64,000 nucleotides of DNA from a virus. This document shows, in pieces, positions 17,514 to 27,384 of this stretch. A model generated the notes under the pieces. That model did not search any database and was not told the DNA's origin. It worked only from the letters and a program-made list of their open reading frames with translations. The DNA lies in the IMG/VR virus record IMGVR_UViG_3300010370_000027; one strand, written 5' to 3'. Numbering within the stretch: position 1 is the stretch's first letter; every line of letters starts with the position of its first letter. The position numbers and the translations under genes were made by a program.

Positions 17514-20500
17514 AGAAATTCTATCCTTGAGTCTTTTTCTGACTTAGTAATTTCCAGAATATGATCTGCGCTGTCTTTGATTCCATCGACGTGAGTGATA
17601 ACGATAACTGTCTTAAAATATTTCTTTAGAGAGGCTAAAAATCTACTACACGCTTCAACGCCTGCACTATCCAAAGTTCCAAATCCTTCATCGATTATAA
17701 AAAAGTCGGACTTAGGCAAAGAAGAAACGTTGATCATTGCAACTCTCAGAGCAATTGCAGAAATTGTTTTTTCCATGCCTGAGCAAAGCTCTATGATTCT
17801 TCTTGAATCACCGTAATTAATGTAAATCTCTAGTGAATCTGTGTCCTCATCAGATTCTAGCTCTATAGTAAAATCAACAATTCCTTGCAAGATTTTTGAA
17901 ACCTCTGCATTGATAAGCGGAAGCTGTGATTTAGTGACAAGAAGAGGAATTCCTTTCTTAGAAAATGCATTTGCAATTAATTCATGCATTCTAACGCTTT
18001 GAAGTAGTAAATCTCTAGTCTTCTTCTCTTCTTCCAGTTTTTCAATGCTGGATTGTATTTTTCCGAGCTTGGCAGCAGCCTCTATCTTTTGAGTGTCATA
18101 CAAGCTAGATAGTTGTGAAAGCTCAGTTATCTTATCTCTGATAGAGATGACCTCCTCTGCAACATCATTATCGAGTGAAAGTCGTAGATTCTCTAGCTTC
18201 TTCTTTGCCTCATCAAGCAATGTTTGACAAGAATCACAAGCTGTCTTGATCTTTGCTATCTCTGTCTCTTTCTTTGAAATTTCAAGTTTCATCTTGTCCG
18301 ACAGCTGAGAAGCTTTTTCGTACTTCGATATTTTCTCAGCAATAGTATTGTCTTCGACGCTAGCAAGAGAGGCTCGTGCCTCCTCTAAGACGCTTAAAGC
18401 CTTTGAAACTTTTTTGATTTGATCAGGAAGATAATTCTTGTTAACGTGTGCGTCTTTTATGAACTTGCACGTTGGATAATTGTCTCCACAAGGAACTTCA
18501 TCCAAAATGACTAAAGATTTCTTCTGCTGCGAAAGGATTGTCTCTTCTTTTTCATGAATATGTCTAAGCTCTGAAATTGCAGTCTGCAATTTGCGCTGTG
18601 TATCTTGACGATCCTTTAAGTCATTGACGTCTATTGAGTCGATAATCTGCTGAAGTGCATCGACCTTCTCCTGCAAGGAATGGATCTCTTGCTCGAGTGA
18701 GCTTATACTTCCAAGACAATCTTCAGCTTTTTTCTCCAAAGAAGTTACTCTTCTCTCCTGAGATACAACGTCTTCTTTTGTTATGGGAGTTGCATTGTGC
18801 TTTAAGAGTTCAGACTTCAAGAGAGTGAGAGACGTCTGATTCTCAGAAATCATGTCAGTAAGTCGATTTATTTTATCTTCATTTTCTTTGGCAAGCGCCT
18901 CATTAGAAGACTTCAATTCAGACCAGTTCCTGTCTGGGAAGTTTTTTAACTGTGATTTAACAGATGAAACTTCTTTCGAAGAAAGCTCATGCATTCTATC
19001 GAACACATCGAGGTCAAGAAACTTCGTAAGAATAGATCTTCTCTTTGTAGAGCCCTGAGAGAGAAAGATGTTAGTTTCTCCTTGAGCTGACAAAGACGTT
19101 ATTAAAAAATCATCAGAAATTCCTAGAAGAGTTCTTATGGTCTTCTCTGTATCATTTCTTTGCTCTCCGCAGAGATCGTCCATGTCTTCTTCATCTTCTC
19201 TCATTCTAAAAAGATTTAGAGAAGTAGAAGCGCTGACAACACCTTTCTTATTAGTGTTCTTTGCCGTCTGCCTTTCAATCACGTAGGTGGAACCATTGTG
19301 ATCAAGAATAGCTCTTGCTGAGCAATAGTCCTTTCTGACGTTGCAGATATTAATGTTCTTGATAGGACCTCTATCAGTCGCATTAAAGAGTGCGTACATT
19401 AATGTTCCAACAATGGATGATTTACCAGTTCTATTGGGACCAAAAATTCCGACTATGCCGTTCAATTTTTCAAAATTGATAACGTTGCTTTCTCCATAAG
19501 AAAAGAGATTGTCCCACTCAAGCCGTCGGAGTGACCACTTAGAATTGCGTGCATGATCTTCAGAAGTAGAAACTTGCTTAAGATAAGACTTTGCAGTATC
19601 ACTGAGTGACTCCATCTCTTTTTCAGAGAGATTTAATTCAGAGTAATACTCTCTCAGAAGCTTAGTAATAACTTCGGAAGATCTAAGGTCTGTTTTTGCA
19701 ACAGAGGTTGTGCTAGTCTTTACTATCTCAGTGTTAACCTGTGCATCGATCTTATAGGTTACTTCTGAGGCATTCATCTCTGTCTTAAGAGACTCAGAAA
19801 GTATATGAACTTCATCTTGTGTAAGAGAAACGTTAGATCTAATCCTAAATCTAGTGCCTTGAGGGCAAGCCTTGGCAAGGCCAAGCGTCTTGTCAAGCTT
19901 CCCTGCCCAGTCAATTGTAATAAAAGGCTTTGGATTCGGAAGAGGCCTATTTACGACAGACCAGTCAGAAGAATTATTTATTTCCCAAAGATAGTATCCG
20001 TGGTTTAATTCTTCGGCATAATTCTGCTGAATCGGGGTGCCAGGATAGCCTATCCACGGCTTTCCATCCCTGTAGCCAAGGAACTGCTGTTTGTGAATGT
20101 CACCCAGCATGCAAAAATCATAGTCTTTAAAAAAGTCTGTCGTTATTCTATCTTCTTCAATCTCCCAGCCAGTCTCAGAATAGGAACCCTTAACACCACC
20201 GTGAAAAGTCGCAATGTTAATATCTCCTTGAACGGGCTTAAGATCATCCCACCCGTCCTCGTCGAAGCATGAGAAAACGCACCAGTTATATCCTGGTGAG
20301 AAGTTATAAACTCCCGACTTCTTGTAGAGGAAAACACGCGGATTCTTCATCGCCTCCACGATGGGTGTGACAGCGTCTTGGCGGGACAGGTTCACGAGAT
20401 TTCCATCGTGATTACCAAGGACCATGTGGACGGGTGCTACCTTCGCCATCTCCTCCAACCACCACGTGAGGAGCTCGATGTACTCAGGTGAGATTCCTGT

Positions 20501-20650
20501 CACCTTCGTGTGGAAGATGTCTCCACCGATGAAGATATGATCTACCTTCTGTGCCTTACAATCATCTATGAACGCCTTGAAGACTTGTCTGTACTCGTCG
20601 TGACGAGAAAGAGCCCTGATATGAATGTCGGCAGTATGAGCAATACGCAT
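17510..20650 (-). CDS. Fused Mre11/SbcD nuclease and Rad50/SbcC ATPase (gp47-gp46-like)
   Basis: Phosphoesterase motifs DIH, GDIFH, GNHD, GDIH. Then Walker A GPNRTGKS, coiled coil with PCGDNYPTC, signature CSGME, Walker B IIDEGFGTLD and H-loop ITH. Start at ATG 20650. Confidence 0.93.
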   Translation of the reverse strand: MRIAHTADIHIRALSRHDEYRQVFKAFIDDCKAQKVDHIFIGGDIFHTKVTGISPEYIELLTWWLEEMAKVAPVHMVLGNHDGNLVNLSRQDAVTPIVEAMKNPRVFLYKKSGVYNFSPGYNWCVFSCFDEDGWDDLKPVQGDINIATFHGGVKGSYSETGWEIEEDRITTDFFKDYDFCMLGDIHKQQFLGYRDGKPWIGYPGTPIQQNYAEELNHGYYLWEINNSSDWSVVNRPLPNPKPFITIDWAGKLDKTLGLAKACPQGTRFRIRSNVSLTQDEVHILSESLKTEMNASEVTYKIDAQVNTEIVKTSTTSVAKTDLRSSEVITKLLREYYSELNLSEKEMESLSDTAKSYLKQVSTSEDHARNSKWSLRRLEWDNLFSYGESNVINFEKLNGIVGIFGPNRTGKSSIVGTLMYALFNATDRGPIKNINICNVRKDYCSARAILDHNGSTYVIERQTAKNTNKKGVVSASTSLNLFRMREDEEDMDDLCGEQRNDTEKTIRTLLGISDDFLITSLSAQGETNIFLSQGSTKRRSILTKFLDLDVFDRMHELSSKEVSSVKSQLKNFPDRNWSELKSSNEALAKENEDKINRLTDMISENQTSLTLLKSELLKHNATPITKEDVVSQERRVTSLEKKAEDCLGSISSLEQEIHSLQEKVDALQQIIDSIDVNDLKDRQDTQRKLQTAISELRHIHEKEETILSQQKKSLVILDEVPCGDNYPTCKFIKDAHVNKNYLPDQIKKVSKALSVLEEARASLASVEDNTIAEKISKYEKASQLSDKMKLEISKKETEIAKIKTACDSCQTLLDEAKKKLENLRLSLDNDVAEEVISIRDKITELSQLSSLYDTQKIEAAAKLGKIQSSIEKLEEEKKTRDLLLQSVRMHELIANAFSKKGIPLLVTKSQLPLINAEVSKILQGIVDFTIELESDEDTDSLEIYINYGDSRRIIELCSGMEKTISAIALRVAMINVSSLPKSDFFIIDEGFGTLDSAGVEACSRFLASLKKYFKTVIVITHVDGIKDSADHILEITKSEKDSRIEFL

Positions 20651-20657
20651 TAGGTTA

Positions 20658-20686
20658 ATGATACCCCATGTGCAGAATAAGTTCAA
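20658..20686 (-). promoter_or_regulatory. Sigma70-like promoter TTGAAC-17-TATCAT, 7 nt before ATG (likely leaderless)
   Basis: Spacing read directly from sequence. No SD between the -10 element and the start. Confidence 0.6.
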
Positions 20687-21672
20687 ATTCCAAGTGAAGA
20701 AGTACTAACAACCCTATTGAGCTTGATAAGAAAGTTATCGTTCCAGTCGAGATAGCGCGCCTCGGACAAGGCTATCTCGAACTCCGCACGAGACATGGAG
20801 CCAGGATCTCCCCAGGGGCGAACATCCACGATCTGGACATCCACATCGTACTCCTGGAGTTTCTTCGCTATCTTGGGAGTCTTCCTATCCCACATGTCTC
20901 CATCCAGTGCGAGGGCGACTGGTGTGTTGTTTAGGAGGATGCGATTGAAGAGTTCGTGGCGCTCATCCAGGTCAGAACCGAGGAGAGCTGTGGTGTTGTC
21001 CGGGCACTTGACGAGGTCGAAGGGACCCTCCACCAATGCCAATCTCTTCGTCCAGTCGATGTTGATCTCGTTGAAGATAATGGGGTTCTTGTCCACCTCA
21101 GGGTTGTCGTACTTGGGTCGTCTGTCCTTGTCGATCGCCCTCGCGGTGAAATAGTTGAGTTCACCTTTGAAGTTAAAGGATGGCATGATCACACGCCTCT
21201 TCCATCGGGGTTCGTTAGAAATGCCGAGCTTGAAGTACCACGCGTCCTTCTCGGTGAGACCTCGTCCGAAGAGGTATCGCCACATTGCCTTCACATCGGG
21301 ATCGTTCTGATTGGAGAGTGGGAGGAGACAGAAGTCCTTTGGTAGCTCGAGACGCTGTTCCTCAACCTTCTCACCGGTGACCAGTTCGCCTGAACCACCA
21401 TCGGCGATACCGAGGACCTCCTTGTACTTCGCTAGTTGTCCAGGCGTACCGTACTTGCGGATGAGAGGTACGAGATTCCTCGCCTTGAATCCACACACCC
21501 AGCAGTGACACCTGTCATCATCTGTCTTGATTGCCAGCTTCTTCTTCGTGACATCGGAGGGAGCACAGATGGGACACCGAACATCGAAGTTCTTTCCGTT
21601 TCCAGCGAGGTGACCCTTGCCGAAGACTGACTCGATGAACAGAAGTTTATCACTGATACTGAATACGGCCAC
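20683..21672 (-). CDS. DnaG-type DNA primase (Zn finger and TOPRIM)
   Basis: CPIC..HCWVC, YLFGRGL, FTARAI..PKY, LVEGPFD, LALDGD. Confidence 0.9.
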   Translation of the reverse strand: MAVFSISDKLLFIESVFGKGHLAGNGKNFDVRCPICAPSDVTKKKLAIKTDDDRCHCWVCGFKARNLVPLIRKYGTPGQLAKYKEVLGIADGGSGELVTGEKVEEQRLELPKDFCLLPLSNQNDPDVKAMWRYLFGRGLTEKDAWYFKLGISNEPRWKRRVIMPSFNFKGELNYFTARAIDKDRRPKYDNPEVDKNPIIFNEINIDWTKRLALVEGPFDLVKCPDNTTALLGSDLDERHELFNRILLNNTPVALALDGDMWDRKTPKIAKKLQEYDVDVQIVDVRPWGDPGSMSRAEFEIALSEARYLDWNDNFLIKLNRVVSTSSLGI

Positions 21673-21696
21673 AATACAACCGTATCACACCCAGGT

Positions 21697-22254
21697 TCAC
21701 TTGTTCATTAGGCCAGCAGCACGAGCGATCACGTATGCATCAGTGGCATCTCTGCTCCACCCCACGATAGCACCTGACTTGGGGGTGAGGGGCCACTCCA
21801 CGTGGGACAGGTCGTGTTCGCACATGTACTTGAAGACCTGCTCCTTGTGTGGCATGCCTGCCACGGATGTTTTTTGAAGTTTAACACCGCATAGTTTCCT
21901 GGCCGATGCTGCGGGTATGTAGGTGGGTTCTACACCGAGGACCTCGCGCCCGATGTAGGACACAATGCCGTTGAATCTCATTAATGTTGTTATCGTAGCG
22001 GCTGAGCTCATTCCCTTCGAGAATCCGAGGAGTGGTTCCTCCAAGGCGAAAGTTGTGATGGAAGGAAATCTGGTCTTGAGAAGAAGTAGTTCCTGTTTCA
22101 CTCGATCGGCCTTGTCCCACAGCGTCACACACTTCTTGAACTCTATGCGGTCGAGATGTGAGATATTTCCACTGCCAGGATCAATAGTAGGATCTACTAT
22201 GCACACACCCGTCACTGAGGTAGAAACGTCTAGCCCTAATATGAGATTCGCCAT
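21697..22254 (-). CDS. RuvC-like Holliday junction resolvase
   Basis: Acidic catalytic residues in ILGLDVSTSVTG, ALEEP and DATDAYVIA. Confidence 0.85.
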   Translation of the reverse strand: MANLILGLDVSTSVTGVCIVDPTIDPGSGNISHLDRIEFKKCVTLWDKADRVKQELLLLKTRFPSITTFALEEPLLGFSKGMSSAATITTLMRFNGIVSYIGREVLGVEPTYIPAASARKLCGVKLQKTSVAGMPHKEQVFKYMCEHDLSHVEWPLTPKSGAIVGWSRDATDAYVIARAAGLMNK

Positions 22255-22294
22255 GGTCAGATTGTTACACCAGAATGAGTCCAGTAAAACTATC

Positions 22295-22699
22295 CTATAA
22301 AAGACCTAGTTCCTTCAATTGTATTTCTGTGACTATTCTATAGGTCATCCCGTGTTCAGCACACCACAGGAGAGCTGCAGCCATCTTCTTCTTAATAACA
22401 GCCTGTTCCAGCTTACGCTTCGGTTTCACTTCAATGAGTTCAGTTCGACCGTCCTTGTAACGAACGAGGAAGTCTGGGTAGTACTTACGCACCTTCTTTG
22501 TCCTCACGTTGGACACGTACTCGATCACCGTCTTCTCATAGGACCAGAACTCCACATCGGGATTCTCGTCCAGGTGTAACATGAGTTTGAATTCCCACCC
22601 AGATCGGAACTTACACTCACCAGCGATCGGAGAGGTATAGGTACCGCGGATATAGTGACCCTTCCTCTTCTTCTTTCTCTTCTTCTTGAGTGTAGCCAT
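22295..22699 (-). CDS. Head-completion nuclease (T4 gp4/TnsA-N-like PD-(D/E)XK)
   Basis: FRSGWE, YYPDFLV, LIEVKP. Confidence 0.85.
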   Translation of the reverse strand: MATLKKKRKKKRKGHYIRGTYTSPIAGECKFRSGWEFKLMLHLDENPDVEFWSYEKTVIEYVSNVRTKKVRKYYPDFLVRYKDGRTELIEVKPKRKLEQAVIKKKMAAALLWCAEHGMTYRIVTEIQLKELGLL

Positions 22700-22708
22700 G
22701 GCTAAGCC

Positions 22709-25219
22709 TCAGTAATCGAAAGCTACCTTGAAGAGAACCTTGTCGCCTTCTCGCTTTATTATTGGTTGAGCGAGACGAGCTTTAGCAACAACATTCATGT
22801 TCTCATCATGGAAGTTGAGGCCGGAGATGTAAACAAAAGCTTCATCGTCTTTAGGGTTGCCTGAGGCCTTGAGATTTGAATAGTTCTCAATAAAGGATGG
22901 ATTGGAAGAAGAATTCAACAACCCAGAACCGGCAACTATCTCATACTTCGAGGAGAAGATGTTATAGACACCCCTGAATGAAACTTCATACTCATTCTTA
23001 CCAAAGAAGTAGAGATGTGGACTCTTGATGACAACAACCCCCTCATCATAAAAAATATTTCCAACAGAATTTTGCGTTGCGTGGGGAGTCAAAGAATCTG
23101 CTCTATAGAGATTTCCAAGAGAATCATCTTTCAAGGTTATCGAAACAGAGCCAAAAGATCCTGAGACTGCAGGATCTCTAATTTCAAAAGACCCAGGCAT
23201 AATCCTTCTTCCATAATAAAGGTTGCTTATGTTGAATATGGTGACCTGGTTAGAAGAGGGGTCTAGTGTACGCTGATAGATGGTGAGAGGAACGTTCTTT
23301 TGAACTCCCTTGTTGAACAGAGTGTCGTCGGTTATAGAAGACAGAGATGCAGTAACAGCCGCTATGTAATTTGTGTAAGCTAGACCGGGTTCTAGGCCGG
23401 GTTTTTCAGGACTTGCCCCGTAGAGTTGTTCAACGTAGTCCTCAGGAGCATCTGAGTTTATTCCACCGCCGTCAAGAGAAGCTGTTGAAACTAAACTGTC
23501 CAAGTTGATGTAGCTAAAATCAGAAAACCCGCTTGCTGAGAATTTGTCTGTATAGCTCTCTCTAGAGAGTATTTCATAGTTTGGATCAAAATTTCCATCG
23601 TCGCAGGGAAGAACAGTAAGATTTCTTTTTGCTACATTTCCATCTTCATACAAGAAATAATTTGCCTCTTTTGCTTCTGACGTGTGGTCTATTGCAGAGG
23701 CTGTAAGATTTAGCAGTCTTGGAAATCTACCTGTTGAAAAGTCTTTAACGAAATTATCCAGATTAATGTAGTGTCCATTCACGCCGAATGCCATCGCCAC
23801 ATTGAAAGGATCATCTGTAGTGCCGTCAATTTCGAAGAACGGTGTCTGTAATATGCCACCGTGGCCGTTCACATATCTCTTTATTGTAGTGTTTTCAACG
23901 AAAAACGGAGGAAGGTAAAAGGCTATATTTTTACTTGTGGCGTCGTATCCAATCCCTCTAGATCCCGTTAGCTGAATTTCTGCATCAGAAATATAGTATC
24001 TTCTGAAAACAAGATCATGTATTTCAGCTTTTAAAGGATGAGCAAATTTATAGGAAACAGGTCCTCCATATTCTGGTTCTCCTGATTCGTTTGTTAGCTG
24101 GTCGACTCCGTCTCTTCTTGCATTTTCAGGATTGAAGAAGAGGCTCATTGCATCTACTCCTGAATTTGTTCCTTCGTAATAATTTCCAATACAAAGAACA
24201 TCAGGGTTTAGAGAGTTAGAAAAAGAAGCAGGAAGAAGAGAAGCAGAGGGAATAACGAAGTTACCCCTATTGATTCCGTCTATAATGAACGAACCTGTTC
24301 CGTTATTTATAGAATTTGTTCCCCATCTAACAATGACATGGTGCCAATTGTTGTAGGAGAGAGAATTATCTGCGGATAGGAAGGTTAAGTTGTTAGGACA
24401 AGATCCAGGCAAAGCCTTAGAAGGAGAATAATCCGCGCTGTGACTCAACTGAAGCTGCAATCTAAATCCTTCCGGCAATCCATTAGGATCTTTCTTTGAG
24501 CCAGTTATCAGAGACAGACTGTAGCTAGAAGAGAGATGAAATATTGTTCCTGCTTTAAAGTGTCCTGCGTCGATGCCGTCTTCTTTGTACCTTGGATTTA
24601 TGTAGAAATCAAAAGTAAATCCATCTTTAAAGACATAAGACCCAGATGTGAATCCTGTGGGAGAGACATTTTTGTCATCAGGCACGTTTGGATAGAGAAG
24701 AACAGAAGACGTTGGAACGAGTTGTGCAGTCCCGTCAAAAGCAGTAAAAAAATTCAAAGAATGATAGTTTGTATATGCCCAGTGACTTTGTGGATATTCA
24801 GCCCTGTAGTAAGGCATCAAAACATCTTTGATGTTATTTTTTATGAGTGTGTATTTCGTTAGTCTCGTGGTAGGAGTAAATCTCTCTATGTCAAGAACAG
24901 CAGCTTTTTTGCCGCTTGTCATCGACACAAGATCGAAGTAGCTATTTGCGACACCTTCTATGGACTGACCAAAAGATCTGTAAGTTCTCGCCTTATCAAC
25001 AATCTTTTTTGAAGAGTTACTAAAATTAGTGTCCATAGCGACAGAAGCATCACTAAAAACAAAAGAAGACTCAGAGTCCTTCTCAATAGAAGAGAGTCTC
25101 GGAAAAACTTTTACAGAGCCTGTAACACCTTGTGTAGAGCTAGAAACATAAACTCTGCTAGGAGTAGTAACTAACGTAAAGTTCTCGACATCATTCTTAG
25201 TGACACGGATAACCGACAT
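22709..25219 (-). CDS. Putative baseplate/tail protein with LamG-like segment
   Basis: FTFDFYINP..NNWHHVIVRW is LamG-like. C-terminus YISGLNFHDENMNVVAKARLAQP..FDY is paralogous to the next gene. Confidence 0.65.
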   Translation of the reverse strand: MSVIRVTKNDVENFTLVTTPSRVYVSSSTQGVTGSVKVFPRLSSIEKDSESSFVFSDASVAMDTNFSNSSKKIVDKARTYRSFGQSIEGVANSYFDLVSMTSGKKAAVLDIERFTPTTRLTKYTLIKNNIKDVLMPYYRAEYPQSHWAYTNYHSLNFFTAFDGTAQLVPTSSVLLYPNVPDDKNVSPTGFTSGSYVFKDGFTFDFYINPRYKEDGIDAGHFKAGTIFHLSSSYSLSLITGSKKDPNGLPEGFRLQLQLSHSADYSPSKALPGSCPNNLTFLSADNSLSYNNWHHVIVRWGTNSINNGTGSFIIDGINRGNFVIPSASLLPASFSNSLNPDVLCIGNYYEGTNSGVDAMSLFFNPENARRDGVDQLTNESGEPEYGGPVSYKFAHPLKAEIHDLVFRRYYISDAEIQLTGSRGIGYDATSKNIAFYLPPFFVENTTIKRYVNGHGGILQTPFFEIDGTTDDPFNVAMAFGVNGHYINLDNFVKDFSTGRFPRLLNLTASAIDHTSEAKEANYFLYEDGNVAKRNLTVLPCDDGNFDPNYEILSRESYTDKFSASGFSDFSYINLDSLVSTASLDGGGINSDAPEDYVEQLYGASPEKPGLEPGLAYTNYIAAVTASLSSITDDTLFNKGVQKNVPLTIYQRTLDPSSNQVTIFNISNLYYGRRIMPGSFEIRDPAVSGSFGSVSITLKDDSLGNLYRADSLTPHATQNSVGNIFYDEGVVVIKSPHLYFFGKNEYEVSFRGVYNIFSSKYEIVAGSGLLNSSSNPSFIENYSNLKASGNPKDDEAFVYISGLNFHDENMNVVAKARLAQPIIKREGDKVLFKVAFDY

Positions 25220-25240
25220 GATGGTCCACTAGAGTTACCA

Positions 25241-26539
25241 CTAGAAGTCTAGTCGAACTCTAAAAGTAAGATCTCTTCCTGGATTTTTCTCGACGGGTCT
25301 GCTGAGCTTGGCGACAGCTAGAAGTCCGCCTGTATTGTCGTAAAGACCAATTGTCGTGATATACGTAAAAGGCTCTTGTGTATCTTCAGGTACAGAGGGA
25401 TCATAAATTGTTAGTCTTCCCTGATAATCACCTGTCGTCTCTACGTAAGTAGGATTTGATGAATAGTTGAAGTCGTCGGGTAGAGCTCTGCAGAATATAA
25501 GAGAAGAGTTTATGTTAGTGACGTTCTGGAACGTCATGGCTGTCAGAGCTCCGCTTCCAAATCTTGAATAGCAGAAGTGGTCTACGATGTCATCTATGCT
25601 TCCCGATGTAACAAGATCAGGAATTACTTTTGCTTTCTTATCAGTCTCTGTTCCCCTGCCTCCGAGAGTAATTCTTCCAAGAGGATGCATTGCAGAAATG
25701 GTTCCAGAAACAAACTGAGAACCTGAAACTATCTTCGCAGCGTCAAGAACGACCATCCCTGAGTCATAATAAATAAGTCCAACTGCGTTAGAAGTGTTGG
25801 ATGCGTTAACCAGGTATCCGTACTGACCGCCTACCTCAAAGTATCTTGAGTCTGAAGAGCCTATGTCAGTGAAGATTGCTGAGCCTGATGTTGAAGTAAC
25901 ATAAAGATTTGCAACTCCGTCGACGTCTGAACTTGGCGGAAGTGAAGGATCTGCACCAGTCCTGCTTACGTAAGAAGCAGACTGATAAAACCTCATTGCA
26001 AACGTCTCTCTTTTAATTTGGTCTCTTGCAAAGAGACGCTTAAATGCTATGAAAAGAGCAGCATCAATATCAGTTGTTGTGGTCGTGGTTGTCAAAGATG
26101 CGTCAATAGGCAACTTAAACATTGACTTTCTGTTACCAAGAAGAGACTGAGCAAACTGTCCATACACATCAGTCTTTTCTCTCATCATAAGCGAGCTGCT
26201 TGGATAGAGATATTTACCTGCCGTATCTTGCGCTGTAGATGTATAGCCAGCAATTCCGCTTGTATTGGAAGTTCCATCTCCTTTTACAGCGTCCACGGGA
26301 GCTAGTCCGAACGTGATGTCAAAAACAGGGTTTGCGGTCTGCAGTGTAAAGTCTTGATCATATACAGTCTGGAAGAGCGAAGAAGTCACACCGGGACCAA
26401 TACCGCCTGTTACGAATACCTGATATTTCCTTCTAGACACCGAAGAACTAATGTCTTCTTGAAGAACGTCGATCAACTGGTTGAGAAAAGATCGAGTTGT
26501 CTTTTTGTCGGAAGCTAAAATCTCTTTTGTTGTTGCCAT
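25241..26539 (-). CDS. Putative baseplate/tail protein
   Basis: C-terminus FNYSSNPTY..YITTIGLYDNTGGLLAVAKLSRP..RLDF. Confidence 0.7.
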   Translation of the reverse strand: MATTKEILASDKKTTRSFLNQLIDVLQEDISSSVSRRKYQVFVTGGIGPGVTSSLFQTVYDQDFTLQTANPVFDITFGLAPVDAVKGDGTSNTSGIAGYTSTAQDTAGKYLYPSSSLMMREKTDVYGQFAQSLLGNRKSMFKLPIDASLTTTTTTTDIDAALFIAFKRLFARDQIKRETFAMRFYQSASYVSRTGADPSLPPSSDVDGVANLYVTSTSGSAIFTDIGSSDSRYFEVGGQYGYLVNASNTSNAVGLIYYDSGMVVLDAAKIVSGSQFVSGTISAMHPLGRITLGGRGTETDKKAKVIPDLVTSGSIDDIVDHFCYSRFGSGALTAMTFQNVTNINSSLIFCRALPDDFNYSSNPTYVETTGDYQGRLTIYDPSVPEDTQEPFTYITTIGLYDNTGGLLAVAKLSRPVEKNPGRDLTFRVRLDF

Positions 26540-26556
26540 TTTAGTTTAATTCCATC

Positions 26557-27309
26557 TCAGATTAATGACGCTCTATATGTGACAGGAATATCAAGCGTGC
26601 AGCCGTGTCTCTCTCCTACGACTGTAATATAGCTGTTGATTTGTCTAACAGAAGAGTTAGTTGAAATTCTTTTTCCGTAGACTGAAAGCGTTGTGTTATC
26701 AATGTTTCTGGCTCTGACGTTGAAAGAAATTGTAGTTTGTGTGCTAGAAGAAGCAGTGAAAGTGTAGGTTGCGATCTTATTAGGATCACCTGCATTTACA
26801 AGGTTTCTTGCAATGTCTGGTTGTGTTAGACTGCCTCCAACCGGAGAATCTATGGTGAAAAATCTGTCAGAAACTTTTATCTTGTAAATTGTCTGTATCA
26901 ATTCCGCAGGAACTGATGCTCCTGTCGTGTTGTTAAAATACAGATCTACTTTAACAGAAACTGAAGAGTTTTGAGTTTTCTCTAAAGATACAGTTGAGGT
27001 AGTAGTCTTAAGGACTGGGAGGTATATGGTGGAGATAGATGTTCCATCGTTTTCTCTACCTATGAGTCTATACTTGAGCGCGATTGAAGAATTGGTTAGC
27101 GCTTCAAAGATCGGTGTATTCTTCTCAATCTTTTCTTTCCCTACAGTTCTTCCATACTTCTTGACAATCCCGTAATCTACTTCATCATCTCCGAGAGAAT
27201 AATGCGTAATGTTAAAAGCACTATTAGCTGTTGCAAGCCTTTGACGACCGTAATCTGTCAAGACTGCGTCCAGAATAATGTTGTTGGTGCTATGATCTAG
27301 ATATCCCAT
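26557..27309 (-). CDS. Putative baseplate/tail protein
   Basis: N-terminus DAVLTDYGRQRLA..ITHYSLGDD. ATAATTA at 27339-27345 and a GAGGG SD. Confidence 0.7.
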   Translation of the reverse strand: MGYLDHSTNNIILDAVLTDYGRQRLATANSAFNITHYSLGDDEVDYGIVKKYGRTVGKEKIEKNTPIFEALTNSSIALKYRLIGRENDGTSISTIYLPVLKTTTSTVSLEKTQNSSVSVKVDLYFNNTTGASVPAELIQTIYKIKVSDRFFTIDSPVGGSLTQPDIARNLVNAGDPNKIATYTFTASSSTQTTISFNVRARNIDNTTLSVYGKRISTNSSVRQINSYITVVGERHGCTLDIPVTYRASLI

Positions 27310-27384
27310 GTTCCCTCAGGTTTGGTCTTCTACTGCTGTAATTATTCAAGGTCTTTTTTTTTAGCTTCAATTAGTTTTTAACAA

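Noticed and set aside
12761-21672. Inteins or introns in portal, terminase, Rad50 or primase
   Set aside because: Frames are continuous, sizes are ordinary and no splicing motifs were seen.
22295-22699. Tn7-like transposon (TnsA)
   Set aside because: No TnsB, TnsC or terminal repeats. Size and context fit a gp4-like head-completion nuclease.
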